A stretch of 64,000 nt of DNA from Gammaproteobacteria bacterium (GTDB lineage Bacteria > Pseudomonadota > Gammaproteobacteria > Steroidobacterales > Steroidobacteraceae). Location of the stretch: NCBI GenBank assembly GCA_034668025.1, contig JAXDQF010000280.1:1345-65344 (forward strand), given 5' to 3'. Under the pieces are notes generated by a model. That model was not told where the DNA came from. It ran no database searches and saw nothing but the letters and a program-made list of their open reading frames with translations. How positions within the stretch are numbered: position 1 is the stretch's first letter; every line of letters starts with the position of its first letter. Both the position numbers and the translations under genes were made by a program. This document shows, piece after piece, positions 18,848-32,139 of the stretch.

Positions 18848-19878
18848 TGCAGTCCTGACAATCCGGGCGGCGTACGTCGCCAGAATTTTAATCGGTCGCG
18901 GGCCTGCAGCGTCAGCTGACAATCATTCGCGAGAATCACCAGCCGGTCGCACTGGCCTCGATTCAACGCCTCGACCGCGGGCGCGATGAACGATCGATCG
19001 ATTTGCGCCACGGCGTCGAAGAATGTCCACGTGGGATGGGATTGCAGCATGAGACCGATTTCTATCACGAGCACCGCGCGCTGCGCCTGAGGATAGCTGA
19101 AGACGTCTGCAAGCTGCTGCGGCAATGGAAATACTTTTGCGCCGCGCGCGGCCCACAGGCCTTGGAGATAGGCATCGCGCCCGAAAGCGATGTCAGTTGA
19201 CGTGGAAGCCGGGGCGCCCGAGGCGGAATCGCGAGGATCCGCCGGGGCGACGGGGCCTGCACCCCACAACCACAGCGCCGTGACCGGCGGTTCGCCACGC
19301 CGGCTGCGAGCATCGTTGACCGCATGGTCGTGCAACCACATTTCAATTTCGGCGCCGAGTCTGCGCAGCGCAGGATTGGCAGCATCAGGTCGCTGCGCAT
19401 CGGCAATGCCTGCTCCCAACGTGCGTGCCGGCTCCGGAGTATCCGCAATCGGCATCTGCGGACCCAACATCAGAAAGTCACCGGAGGCGAGTGGCTGCAG
19501 CTGGAATCCTGAATCATGGAAGACGTGCTGAAAATCTGCGACGAGTGCAGTCTGGTCGTTGGCATCGAGACGCAGGATGCTGCGGCGATCGACGTGCACG
19601 CTGGTGAGGCCCGCTATCAAGTGCACCGGCGTGGCCATCCAAACGATGGACGGCCTCAGCACTTGCAATGCCGCCGCCGCAACCGCTGCGGGGCCTCCAG
19701 CTTCGCGTCCGGTCAGCCAGCGCGCCAGCCACGAGCGCCAGCCACCTGCAATTCTCGAACGCGCTCCTGATCGAGCGGCGTGCTGCAAGCCTGGCAGGGA
19801 CACCCCGGCCGGCAATTCGCGTTCCGGCGATTCCTGCGATAGATATAGATCAGAGAGGACGATGACCAGTTCGTGCAC
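18844..19878 (-). CDS. Conserved uncharacterised protein, RpfE-type / COG4255-like
   Basis: 344 aa, N-terminus MHELVIVLSDLYL and internal ALWLWGAG motif. It sits immediately upstream of recJ, as I recall for Xanthomonas rpfE. Assignment is from memory of family features and is not verified. Confidence 0.5.
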   Translation of the reverse strand: MHELVIVLSDLYLSQESPERELPAGVSLPGLQHAARSGARSRIAGGWRSWLARWLTGREAGGPAAVAAAALQVLRPSIVWMATPVHLIAGLTSVHVDRRSILRLDANDQTALVADFQHVFHDSGFQLQPLASGDFLMLGPQMPIADTPEPARTLGAGIADAQRPDAANPALRRLGAEIEMWLHDHAVNDARSRRGEPPVTALWLWGAGPVAPADPRDSASGAPASTSTDIAFGRDAYLQGLWAARGAKVFPLPQQLADVFSYPQAQRAVLVIEIGLMLQSHPTWTFFDAVAQIDRSFIAPAVEALNRGQCDRLVILANDCQLTLQARDRLKFWRRTPPGLSGLQ

Positions 19879-19973
19879 GCAGCATTATATTCGGCGGGAG
19901 GGCAGTTTCCCGGGAAACTATACTGGCGCTGATCATTGCACCCGGAACGCAAGCGAGCCCGCGGATCCTCACC

Positions 19974-20345
19974 ATGAAATTCACTCTCGAAAACAACGCA
20001 AACGTCAATGTCATCCGTTCGTACTCGTCCGAAGAGCTGCGCATCGGCGAGCACAGCGTCCGCTCGAGCTGTGTCGTCATGGCCGACGCCCTGATCGCCA
20101 ATTGGCCGCCGGCCACGCTGGATGATCTGCAGGTGGGTCACCTCGAGCCCATCCTCGAGCTGCGCCCGGAGTTGGTTCTGCTCGGCACAGGTGCCCGGCA
20201 GCGCTTCGCTCCCGCGCACATCCGCAGCGCGTTTGCAGCCCGCGGCATTGGAGTCGAGTCGATGGATCTCGGCGCCGCCTGCCGCACATTCAACATCCTG
20301 GTGCAGGAAGATCGCCGCGTGGCCGCTGCGTTATTTCTGAAGTAA
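19974..20345 (+). CDS. Mth938-like (DUF498) domain protein
   Basis: 123 aa with LVLLGTG...MDLGAACRTFNILVQEDRRVAAALF pattern typical of the Mth938/NDUFAF3-like fold. Confidence 0.75.
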   Translation: MKFTLENNANVNVIRSYSSEELRIGEHSVRSSCVVMADALIANWPPATLDDLQVGHLEPILELRPELVLLGTGARQRFAPAHIRSAFAARGIGVESMDLGAACRTFNILVQEDRRVAAALFLK

Positions 20346-20426
20346 GGGTGTTGCGGCGCGCCCGCGCCCATGCATGTTGTGGGTCGCTTCGACCCACAGG
20401 ACAGTTGGCCGCCGCAGGCGGCCTGG

Positions 20427-20560
20427 AGAAGACACAGGGGGAGAAGCTCAATCAATCAAACAATCATTCGAAGCTGACAGACTCGAACAATTGTCTATTA
20501 TTTTCTTTTTCTTGCCGCCTTATTGCTTTTATCTCGACTCCCCTCCTCCCTGTGTCTTCT
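20427..20560. repeat. 13-nt perfect inverted repeat pair bracketing an AT-rich core
   Basis: AGAAGACACAGGG (20427-20439) and its exact reverse complement CCCTGTGTCTTCT (20548-20560). Each arm is flanked on its outer side by a short GC hairpin (20407-20423, 20565-20580). Confidence 0.7.
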
Positions 20561-20819
20561 TCAGTCCGCCTGCGTGCGGAATGTCGTTGTTAGGCGACAG
20601 GGAGGATGTTAACTGCGTGACAGATAATTGCGCAAGTCCTTTGCACAACCACGAGTTTTTGTCCCTCCAACTTCGCCCCAACATCGTTTGGAACGGGTCT
20701 CGACCGCTGTTATCGCACGGTTTTTCCACCACCGCTGCGCATCTGGGACACCCCAGATACGAATACCTTTTTTTTCAGTAGGTTAGGCGCATCACTTCAT
20801 GTTGAGTGCGCGAGACTGG

Positions 20820-21485
20820 TCAGACCATTCCGCCGAGCAGCGGTACGAATGCAACCGGACCCAGGGATTCCTTGTCGATGCGCTGTTCTTTGCGTGTGAA
20901 GCGAATCAACTGCTGCTCGCCTTCGGGTCCGACGGGCACGAGCAGACGGCCGCCCACTTTCAACTGCTGAATGAGTGCTTCCGGCACAGTGAGGGGAGCA
21001 GCGGCAACGAGTATCCCGTCGAACGGCGAATGTGCCTTCCAACCTGCGATGCCATCGCCATAGCGGAACCGGACGTTTCGTATCCCGAGTTCCTTGATGC
21101 GCTCCTTGGCGCGAATCATTAACGGCTCAATGCGCTCAATTGTGTATAGGCGATCGACCAGTGGCGCGAGAACGGTAGTCTGATAACCGCACCCGGTGCC
21201 GACTTCCAATACGCTGTGCAGCGGACCACCCTCGAGCAGGGCCTCGGTCATGCGCGCAACTATGTAGGGCTGCGAAATGGTCTGACCAAACCCGATGGGC
21301 AACGCAGTGTCTTCATAAGCGCGACTGCCCAGCGCCTCATCGACGAAGATGTGACGCGGCACATTTCGGACGCGATCCAGCACCGCCAGGTTCGTGATGC
21401 CCTGATCACGGAGGCGTTGCACGAGACGATCCCGCGTGCGAGCGGACGTCATGCCTATCCCAGCAAGTCGAACGTCAACCATCAA
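20820..21485 (-). CDS. pcm: Protein-L-isoaspartate O-methyltransferase
   Basis: SAM-binding VLEVGTGCGYQT, ISQPYIVARM motif. surE-pcm operon. Confidence 0.95.
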   Translation of the reverse strand: MMVDVRLAGIGMTSARTRDRLVQRLRDQGITNLAVLDRVRNVPRHIFVDEALGSRAYEDTALPIGFGQTISQPYIVARMTEALLEGGPLHSVLEVGTGCGYQTTVLAPLVDRLYTIERIEPLMIRAKERIKELGIRNVRFRYGDGIAGWKAHSPFDGILVAAAPLTVPEALIQQLKVGGRLLVPVGPEGEQQLIRFTRKEQRIDKESLGPVAFVPLLGGMV

Positions 21486-22233
21486 TACCTTCCAGCCAAC
21501 TCTGCACCACCGGCAGAGCGGAATGCCGGGTTAGATCTATTTGTAATGGCGTCACCGAGACGTATCCCTCGGAGACAGCGTGAAAATCAGTTCCTGGTCC
21601 TGCCTCGTGTTCCGGACCCGCAGGACCGACCCAGTAAACAGGACGTCCGTGGGGATCCGTGGCCGGCACAACCGGTTCCGACGGGTGTCGAAATCCCAGT
21701 CGAGTAGTGCGAAACCCACGTATCTCACCGATGGGCAGGTCTGGCACGTTGATGTTCAGGATTAAAGCGCGTTCGAGCGGTTTACGCAGTAACTGCGCAA
21801 CCAGCCGCCGCGCGACCTCAGCTCCGGCCTCAAAATTTCGCCCACTGCCGGATGAGGTATTCAAGGAGACGGCAATAGTGGAAAGGCCTAGAAAGCGCCC
21901 TTCAATTGCCGCAGCCACGGTCCCTGAGTACAGGACATCGTCGCCCAGATTGGGACCGTCATTCACTCCGGAAACCACCATGTCATGGGAGTAGTCAAAC
22001 AGACCGGAGATGGCCAGATGAACACAATCGGTCGGTGTGCCGGGGACGAAGTAGACACCCGGTTCGGACTCGAACACCCGCAGGGGGACGTCCAGGGTCA
22101 GCGAATTGCTCGCCCCGCTGCGATTGCGGTCCGGCGCCACCACTGTGACCTCGGCGAGGGTCGACAAGGCCTCGCGGAGGCGGCGGATCCCCTCCGCACG
22201 GAAACCGTCATCGTTGCTGACCAGGATTTTCAA
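21475..22233 (-). CDS. surE: 5'/3'-nucleotidase SurE
   Basis: N-terminal MKILVSNDDGFRAEGI and SGVNDGPNLGDDVLYSGTVAAA motifs. Confidence 0.96.
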   Translation of the reverse strand: MKILVSNDDGFRAEGIRRLREALSTLAEVTVVAPDRNRSGASNSLTLDVPLRVFESEPGVYFVPGTPTDCVHLAISGLFDYSHDMVVSGVNDGPNLGDDVLYSGTVAAAIEGRFLGLSTIAVSLNTSSGSGRNFEAGAEVARRLVAQLLRKPLERALILNINVPDLPIGEIRGFRTTRLGFRHPSEPVVPATDPHGRPVYWVGPAGPEHEAGPGTDFHAVSEGYVSVTPLQIDLTRHSALPVVQSWLEGIDG

Positions 22234-22307
22234 GCAGTCTTCGGTCTCAAATGCATAGTGCTGAACAGTGCCCGGAGGCTGGAGCCAATAAAAGGCGCGT
22301 CACTATA

Positions 22308-22898
22308 ATGTTTTTGTCTCCATTTCGCGGAGGTAGCGTGAACCCCAAGCCCGATGAGAATGATGCCCGCCTCTTCCGCGAGGCAGTGCGGGACGTCAAG
22401 CCACTAGCTTACGACGCTCCCGCGATAGAACCTGCCCGCCGCCCACCCCCGCGTGCACGCTTTACGCGCGCCGATCGGCACGCCGTACTGCAGGAAAGCT
22501 TGTACACCGACGTTGGTGACCCCGAGCTCGCCAGTGGCGAAGAACTGGTCTTCGCCCGTGAAGGCGTTCAGAAGATCGTCTTGCGCAAGCTGCGCCGTGG
22601 TCAATACCGAGTCCAGGCTGAGATCGATTTGCACGGGCTCACCGTGCCGGAGGCGAAGGAAGCGCTGCGCACGTTCCTCGCGAACGCGCTGGAGCGGCAC
22701 TTTCGATGCGTGAGGATCGTTCACGGGAAAGGGCTGCGGTCAGGCCACCGAGGGCCGGTTTTGAAGGGCGCGGTGAGCAGTGTACTGCGGCGAGTGGGGC
22801 CGGTGCTCGCGTACGTATCCGCACGTCAGGTCGACGGCGGCACCGGCGCGCTCTACGTGTTGCTGGCGACATGGCCGGTGAACCCTACGCGGCCATAG
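22308..22898 (+). CDS. Smr domain protein (SmrA-like endonuclease)
   Basis: C-terminal Smr domain (IDLHGLTVPEAKEAL...VRIVHGKGLRS). ATG at 22308 chosen over the extended ORF-track start at 22251. Confidence 0.8.
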   Translation: MFLSPFRGGSVNPKPDENDARLFREAVRDVKPLAYDAPAIEPARRPPPRARFTRADRHAVLQESLYTDVGDPELASGEELVFAREGVQKIVLRKLRRGQYRVQAEIDLHGLTVPEAKEALRTFLANALERHFRCVRIVHGKGLRSGHRGPVLKGAVSSVLRRVGPVLAYVSARQVDGGTGALYVLLATWPVNPTRP

Positions 22899-22901
22899 CA
22901 T

Positions 22902-24023
22902 TTACCCGTCGCCGTCGGGTTCGCCATCCGGACTGGCGACATCGAAAATCTCGCGGAGCACCGTCGTCGCGAAACTCCCCTTCGCGAGCCGAAACCGAAG
23001 CACGACTGCGTCGGGCTCCCGACTCCATTCCAGGTTTCGCACCGCAAGCCGCAGGCTGCGGCGCTCCTGCTCCATGCCCGCCTCCTCCACCAACGCGGCG
23101 GGTGCTCCAAACTGCCCGCTCACCCTGCTCTCCAGCTCCAGCACGCGCCTCTGCGAAGCCGGCAGTCCGCGGCCCCACATTGGGCCTGTCGGATGAATGT
23201 CGAGCCGCTGGCAGCGCTCTACGAGCGTCTGGTCGACGAGGTCGACTGCGAAAACACTTCCGCGCGCGTCGAGGTTGGCCATGTCGCCCGGCTCCAGGCG
23301 GTCCCAACTGCCATCCCGTACCCGTTCGCAGAGGACGGCGTTGAACATCAAACTGCGTGCTGCCGACAGCACAAACCCACGCTCGGGCATCCGCAGTGCC
23401 CTGAGGCCTGCGGTAATTCGCGAGAGATTTGATCCCTCGCGCCCGAAGCGTTGCGGCCCAAAATAGTTCGGCACGCCCCGGCGAGCAATCAGCTCCGCGC
23501 GATCCGACAGTTGTTGCTCGGTGACGGTGACGTCACGCACTCGGATGACGAAGCCGTTCCCGGCGAGCGCTCCACGGGGAAGCTTCCGCGTATGGGCATG
23601 TGCTTCGAGAACCTCGAATTCAGGTGTCCGGACTGTCGTCCATGCCTCCAACGTCTGCAGGGACTTCGGCACCGTGAACCATTGAACGGCGACTGCGCGC
23701 CGATCCTTCAGTCCCGCGAAACCGACATCCATCGGACGGCATCGGCAAACCTTCGCGAGCTCGCGGGCGACCCATTGCGTATTCGCATCCCGCTTGCGGA
23801 CCCTCAACAGGACGTGTTGCCCAGTCCCTGCCGGGGCGAAACCGAGATCTTCCTCTACGATGAAGTCGTCGGCTTGGGCGCGGAGTACGCCGGAACCGAG
23901 AACGGGTCCGAGCGCCCGCGAGGGCTCGAAGGCTACCGTGCTCCAAGCCGCAATGGCAGCAGCGGACGGAATGGGCTCGGCCGCAGGGTCAGCGGGGGTC
24001 ACGCGCTTCAAGCAACAGAACAA
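22902..24023 (-). CDS. truD: tRNA pseudouridine(13) synthase TruD
   Basis: [12 protein letters not shown]-terminal block and catalytic [13 protein letters not shown]. Start uncertain (TTG 24023 or GTG 24002, both overlapping the ispF end). Confidence 0.9.
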   Translation of the reverse strand: MFCCLKRVTPADPAAEPIPSAAAIAAWSTVAFEPSRALGPVLGSGVLRAQADDFIVEEDLGFAPAGTGQHVLLRVRKRDANTQWVARELAKVCRCRPMDVGFAGLKDRRAVAVQWFTVPKSLQTLEAWTTVRTPEFEVLEAHAHTRKLPRGALAGNGFVIRVRDVTVTEQQLSDRAELIARRGVPNYFGPQRFGREGSNLSRITAGLRALRMPERGFVLSAARSLMFNAVLCERVRDGSWDRLEPGDMANLDARGSVFAVDLVDQTLVERCQRLDIHPTGPMWGRGLPASQRRVLELESRVSGQFGAPAALVEEAGMEQERRSLRLAVRNLEWSREPDAVVLRFRLAKGSFATTVLREIFDVASPDGEPDGDG

Positions 24024-24474
24024 CAGCCTGCGCCGCGATACCCTCTTTACGTCCGAGAAACCCCAGTTTCTCGGTGGTCGTTGCCTTTACGTTGACGTGC
24101 TCCTCCGACACCTCGAGGAGTTGAGCAACCTGGCGGCGAATCTCATCGCGCACCGGACCCACTTTCGGCGCTTCCCCCAGCACGGTGATATCCGCGTTGC
24201 CGACTCGCAGCTTACGGATCAGTAACATGTTCATGACTGACCGCACGAAGCTTTTGCTGTCAGCGCCTCTCCACTGGGGGTCGGTGTCCCGAAAATGCTG
24301 CCCGATGTCACCGAGTCCAGCCGCGCCCAGAAGCGCGTCGCACAGGGCGTGCAGCACAACGTCGCCGTCAGAGTGGGCTACCACGCCCTGAGTATGTGGG
24401 ACCCGCACGCCGCCGAGCATCACGAAGTCACCGGGCCCGAAGGCATGAACATCGATTCCCGAACCAATTCTCAC
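23989..24474 (-). CDS. ispF: 2-C-methyl-D-erythritol 2,4-cyclodiphosphate synthase
   Basis: [24 protein letters not shown] motifs. GTGA overlap with ispD stop. Confidence 0.96.
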   Translation of the reverse strand: MRIGSGIDVHAFGPGDFVMLGGVRVPHTQGVVAHSDGDVVLHALCDALLGAAGLGDIGQHFRDTDPQWRGADSKSFVRSVMNMLLIRKLRVGNADITVLGEAPKVGPVRDEIRRQVAQLLEVSEEHVNVKATTTEKLGFLGRKEGIAAQAVVLLLEARDPR

Positions 24475-25358
24475 GTCGATTCTTCCCCCGTTACATCAAC
24501 ACAGATACCAGCGTGAGCGGCCATCAGCGCCACCGCAATCACCAGATCATCCGCACTCGTGATCTTCAGATTCGTGGTCGATCCCTCGACGACGATTGGC
24601 CTCTCGCCCGTCCATTCCAGTGCCTGTGCTTCATCGGTCGGCGTCCGGCCGTCCGCATGCGCGCGGTCTAGCGCCTCGCACAGACGCGCGTATCGAAACA
24701 TCTGCGGAGTGAGCGCTCGCCACAAGCTCGTGCGGTCGATTGTCTGAATGATCTCTTTGCTTTCACCGGCTCGCTTCAGCGTGTCTGCAGCGGGTGCGGC
24801 CAGAATGCCACCGACGCCGTGCGACTGAACGCGATCCAACAGCCTGTCCACGTCCTGTCGGGACACACATGGCCGCGCCGCATCATGCACTAGTACCCAA
24901 TCGTCGCTGGCTGCGCGGCCGGACAAAGCAGCTAGGCCGTTGCGTACGGAGTGACTCCGCTCACCACCGCCCGTAGCTGTAATTACCTTGGGTAAAGTGA
25001 CGGCAGGTACTGTCGGAAGCGACAGTCCCGGGTCGGTAAACCCTTCCGTATCCGCGCCGCCGGTTCTCTCAGCAGCGCGCTCCGCAACACGGGTGGCGTC
25101 AGCCAACGCTGCTGCGATATTAGCCCCGCTGGCTCTCGTCGCGCCCGTCACGTCAGGTAAGCGTGCGGCAACAGTCGGCCAGTACGCATCACCGTGCCCA
25201 AGGACGACAACGACTCCCAAACAACGCGAGTCGTACAGAAACGGCGCCATGGACCACTCCATGACGGTTCGACCGTGAAGTTCGGCGTATTGTTTGGGTA
25301 TGTTTTCGCCGAAGCGGCGACCCACGCCTGCAGCCGGCATGACTAGCCAGTAACGCAT
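24471..25358 (-). CDS. ispD: 2-C-methyl-D-erythritol 4-phosphate cytidylyltransferase with ~50-aa insertion
   Basis: [12 protein letters not shown]-loop-like motif, [19 protein letters not shown]. 295 aa versus about 235 aa typical. Confidence 0.92.
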   Translation of the reverse strand: MRYWLVMPAAGVGRRFGENIPKQYAELHGRTVMEWSMAPFLYDSRCLGVVVVLGHGDAYWPTVAARLPDVTGATRASGANIAAALADATRVAERAAERTGGADTEGFTDPGLSLPTVPAVTLPKVITATGGGERSHSVRNGLAALSGRAASDDWVLVHDAARPCVSRQDVDRLLDRVQSHGVGGILAAPAADTLKRAGESKEIIQTIDRTSLWRALTPQMFRYARLCEALDRAHADGRTPTDEAQALEWTGERPIVVEGSTTNLKITSADDLVIAVALMAAHAGICVDVTGEEST

Positions 25359-25381
25359 GGAAAATCTCGACGTATGGACCG

Positions 25382-25708
25382 CTACCGCGCAGCGGTCCGC
25401 GTGTGGTGTTCAGTACCCTGCGCAACGGGATGCGGCGGCACGACCTGATAGAACGTCTCGTTGCCCGCGATCATGCCGAGATCACTCCGGGCCCGCTCCT
25501 CGAGTGCACCCATGCCGGATTTCAGGTCTCGGACCTCGGCCGCAAGTTGTCGGTTGCGCTCGCCCAGCTGGTCGTTTTCAGTTCGTTGCGTCGCGACCGC
25601 CGTCTCGAGACGACGTAGCTCGCGGACCCCGTCCTCAGACAGCCATATACGGTACTGCAGGAGCACGACAACAACGAGCAAGGCTGAGGCAAGCCATTTC
25701 ATTAGCAT
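25382..25708 (-). CDS. ftsB: Cell division protein FtsB
   Basis: N-terminal TM helix (WLASALLVVVVLLQYRIW) followed by coiled coil. Conserved eno-ftsB-ispD neighbourhood. Confidence 0.88.
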   Translation of the reverse strand: MLMKWLASALLVVVVLLQYRIWLSEDGVRELRRLETAVATQRTENDQLGERNRQLAAEVRDLKSGMGALEERARSDLGMIAGNETFYQVVPPHPVAQGTEHHTRTAAR

Positions 25709-25812
25709 CCTAGGGTATCAGACCCGCTGCCACGCGCGAAGCGGGAGCGAATAGTGCGACTGACGCAAAATGGGAATAGTTTTGGGGTGATTGGGACCTC
25801 CAAGGTACACAG

Positions 25813-26850
25813 ATGATAGGAACTGACTCACGGATGCGTTCGAAACGCGCTGCGGCTCACGTTATTGCAAACGCCGCGGTGGCGGTGTGCGCCGTCGTTG
25901 CAACAATTGGCGTTGCCTTTGCCGCTGCCCCGCCTCCTCCGGCACCCGCCACGGATCAGGCGCCTACAGAGGAAGTGGTAGTCGAGGGGAATCACGAAGG
26001 TCCCCGCATGTGGCGCGTCACAAAGGGTGACCACACCCTGTGGATTCTGGGAACTATCTCGCCCCTGCCGAGGAAGATGACCTGGCAGTCAGATTCGGTG
26101 GAAACCTTACTGCACGAGACGCAGGAAGTCCTTCCCGCGTGGCCGTCGATTGGAGTCGGCGCCAATCCTTTTACGGCTCTGCGACTGTATTTCACCTGGC
26201 GGAAAATCCAGAAAAGCCCGGACCACACGAAACTGCAGGAGCAGTTGCCTCCCCCGTTGTACGCGCGATTTTCAGCGCTAAAGGCTCGATATGCGCCGCG
26301 CGATAACAAGCTGGAGGAGTTGCGCCCGATGCTGGCGGGCGGGAGACTCCTTGACGATGTGCTCGACGTGTCGGGCCTCACGCTGCGAAATGAGGTTCAA
26401 CAGACGGTCCTGAAATTGGCGAGCAAACAGGGCGTCAAAGTTCACCAAACCAAAATGAAGGTCGAAGATCCCGTGGACGTACTCAAGGACCTTGGGGAGA
26501 CGCCCAAGGACAGTGAAATTGCGTGTCTCGGTGCGATCGTCAGCCGTCTGGAAACTGACTTGGGCCCGATGCAGGCCCGCGCACGAGCGTGGGCGTTGGG
26601 GGATGTTGATACGCTTCGTTCGCTGCCCCATTCCGTTGATGACAGGATCGCCTGTCTGGCTGCGGTATCCAGCTCAGAGCGGATTCGCAACCTCGTGATC
26701 CGCGCTCAGGATGATTGGTTGATTGAGGCGGAGGATGCCATGGCGAGGAACAAATCGACGCTGGCAGTGCAGTCGATGGACCGCCTGCTCGGGGACGATG
26801 GGATCCTGGCGACCTTGCGTACGAAGGGCTACACGGTCGAAGGACCGTAG
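25813..26850 (+). CDS. TraB/GumN family protein (secreted or periplasmic)
   Basis: Signal-like N-terminus, then MWRVTKGDHTLWILGTISPLP block resembling the GumN/TraB family N-terminal motif. Confidence 0.65.
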   Translation: MIGTDSRMRSKRAAAHVIANAAVAVCAVVATIGVAFAAAPPPPAPATDQAPTEEVVVEGNHEGPRMWRVTKGDHTLWILGTISPLPRKMTWQSDSVETLLHETQEVLPAWPSIGVGANPFTALRLYFTWRKIQKSPDHTKLQEQLPPPLYARFSALKARYAPRDNKLEELRPMLAGGRLLDDVLDVSGLTLRNEVQQTVLKLASKQGVKVHQTKMKVEDPVDVLKDLGETPKDSEIACLGAIVSRLETDLGPMQARARAWALGDVDTLRSLPHSVDDRIACLAAVSSSERIRNLVIRAQDDWLIEAEDAMARNKSTLAVQSMDRLLGDDGILATLRTKGYTVEGP

Positions 26851-26854
26851 GCCC

Positions 26855-30677
<3,823 letters not shown>

Positions 30678-30726
30678 TTACCACAACTCGGCCGCCACCG
30701 CGACCCTTTGCGCGCGGCGGCGTGTG

Positions 30727-32097
30727 TCAACTCGCAGCCGCGGCGTGAATCAATCGACCCCGGCGCAGTGTACCCGGAGTGACTCGAATCGACTCGTCAA
30801 CCCACAATGAGCCAACCGCCAGCAGCGTCGCCCCCGAAAAGACGAGCGGAAGGCGGCCTCTTTGCGCAATTGGCAGGTGAGATTCCTGCAGTAAGCTCTT
30901 GAGACTACGACGAGGACCGCCGCGACGCGGCCGCAGACGCTCGCCCCCTCGCCGCCGGCTGACAGTGACGCACTCCGGCAGGACGTCTAAGTCAATGGGC
31001 CCGTGCGGATCGGACTTCAGCTCGAGCGTACCTCCTGTGTCGATCAGCTCGAGACGCGGCGTGGTTTTCCAGGACCACTCAACGGCCCGCGACACCCTGT
31101 CCCGATTCATTGGCCCGGGGCCGCGGCGTCGACCTCCATCTGAGCCCGATGACTCGTCGCCGCGCTGCCCGCGGCCCACATTGGCAATCGCCAGCAAATC
31201 GGCGTGGCGCCGCACTTCCACCTCGCCCCAGGCGACGCTCGGATTCGAATCCGGCCGCGCATCAATGACCGGGCCGGCGAGCTCCTCGAGGCGGGACGTG
31301 TCCGGAACGCGCGCTCCGGATTGACTAATCCAGAATCGCAACGCATTGCGCCGCCGATCCAGCTGCAACGCACGCAGCGCCGGTACAAACAATGCGGCAC
31401 CGTTCGATGCACGTTCCACGTCAGTCCGCGCAAGCATGTCGAGTAAGCGTTGCCCTTCTGCTGCGTGGCGCGCACTGCGCGCCACAGCGGATCCCACGCC
31501 CTTCCAGCGTTCACGAATCAGCGGCAACACCTGGCGTCGCAAATAATTCCGATCGAGGGATTCATCGGCGTTCGTGTCGTCTTCCACCCAATTCAAACCC
31601 GCGCCGCGCGCCCACTCTTCCAACTCCGCACGCGTACGGGACAGCAGTGGCCGTGCGAGCCAGCCGCCAGCAAACGAAGTGATTGCGGGCATGGCCGCGA
31701 GGCCCGCCAGTCCGGCGCCGCGAAACAGTTGCAACAGCACCGTCTCGAGTTGGTCGTCCTCGTGATGGCCTGTCAACAGACACTCACCCGGCTCGAGCTC
31801 AGAGGCCAACAGCGCATACCGCGCTTCACGCGCGGCGGCCTCCAACGACACGCCACGTGAATGCACCACATGCGTCTTCAATACGCGGACACCGATGCTG
31901 AACCTGCGCCCCAACGCGCGGCAATGAGCAGCCCACTTCGCCGCATTGGGATGGATACCGTGGTTGACGTGCACTGCGCGCACGTTGAAACCTGGGGTCG
32001 GCCCCTGCGAGGCCAACGCCGCAAGCAACACGGAGGAATCAACTCCGCCGCTGAGTGCAACGACCAAATCAGGGTGGCCCGGCAGCAGTTCCGCCAA
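30727..32097 (-). CDS. tilS: tRNA(Ile)-lysidine synthase
   Basis: PP-loop VALSGGVDSSVLL. 456 aa. accA-tilS neighbourhood. Confidence 0.92.
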   Translation of the reverse strand: MAELLPGHPDLVVALSGGVDSSVLLAALASQGPTPGFNVRAVHVNHGIHPNAAKWAAHCRALGRRFSIGVRVLKTHVVHSRGVSLEAAAREARYALLASELEPGECLLTGHHEDDQLETVLLQLFRGAGLAGLAAMPAITSFAGGWLARPLLSRTRAELEEWARGAGLNWVEDDTNADESLDRNYLRRQVLPLIRERWKGVGSAVARSARHAAEGQRLLDMLARTDVERASNGAALFVPALRALQLDRRRNALRFWISQSGARVPDTSRLEELAGPVIDARPDSNPSVAWGEVEVRRHADLLAIANVGRGQRGDESSGSDGGRRRGPGPMNRDRVSRAVEWSWKTTPRLELIDTGGTLELKSDPHGPIDLDVLPECVTVSRRRGGERLRPRRGGPRRSLKSLLQESHLPIAQRGRLPLVFSGATLLAVGSLWVDESIRVTPGTLRRGRLIHAAAAS

Positions 32098-32139
32098 GCG
32101 CGAGACGAGCCACTGCGTGCCGAACGCTTGCGTGGTTAT

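Noticed and set aside
20466-20490. Motif TCGAAGCTGACAGACTCGAAC, resembling the 5' end of RNase P RNA (GAAGCTGACCAGACAG). Also a TCCACCACC further right, reminiscent of a tmRNA/tRNA 3' end.
   Set aside because: The universally conserved RNase P core (GGAAAGTCCGGGC-type) is absent from the region. So are a tmRNA tag reading frame, a T-arm (GGTTCGAATCC-type) and an acceptor stem. The resemblance is a short chance match.
20581-20781. 66-aa plus-strand ORF (MSLLGDREDVNCVTDNCASPLHNHEF...) in the AT-rich spacer
   Set aside because: No convincing RBS, A/T-ending codon usage unlike every other gene here, and no recognisable domain. Kept only as a remote possibility within the spacer finding.
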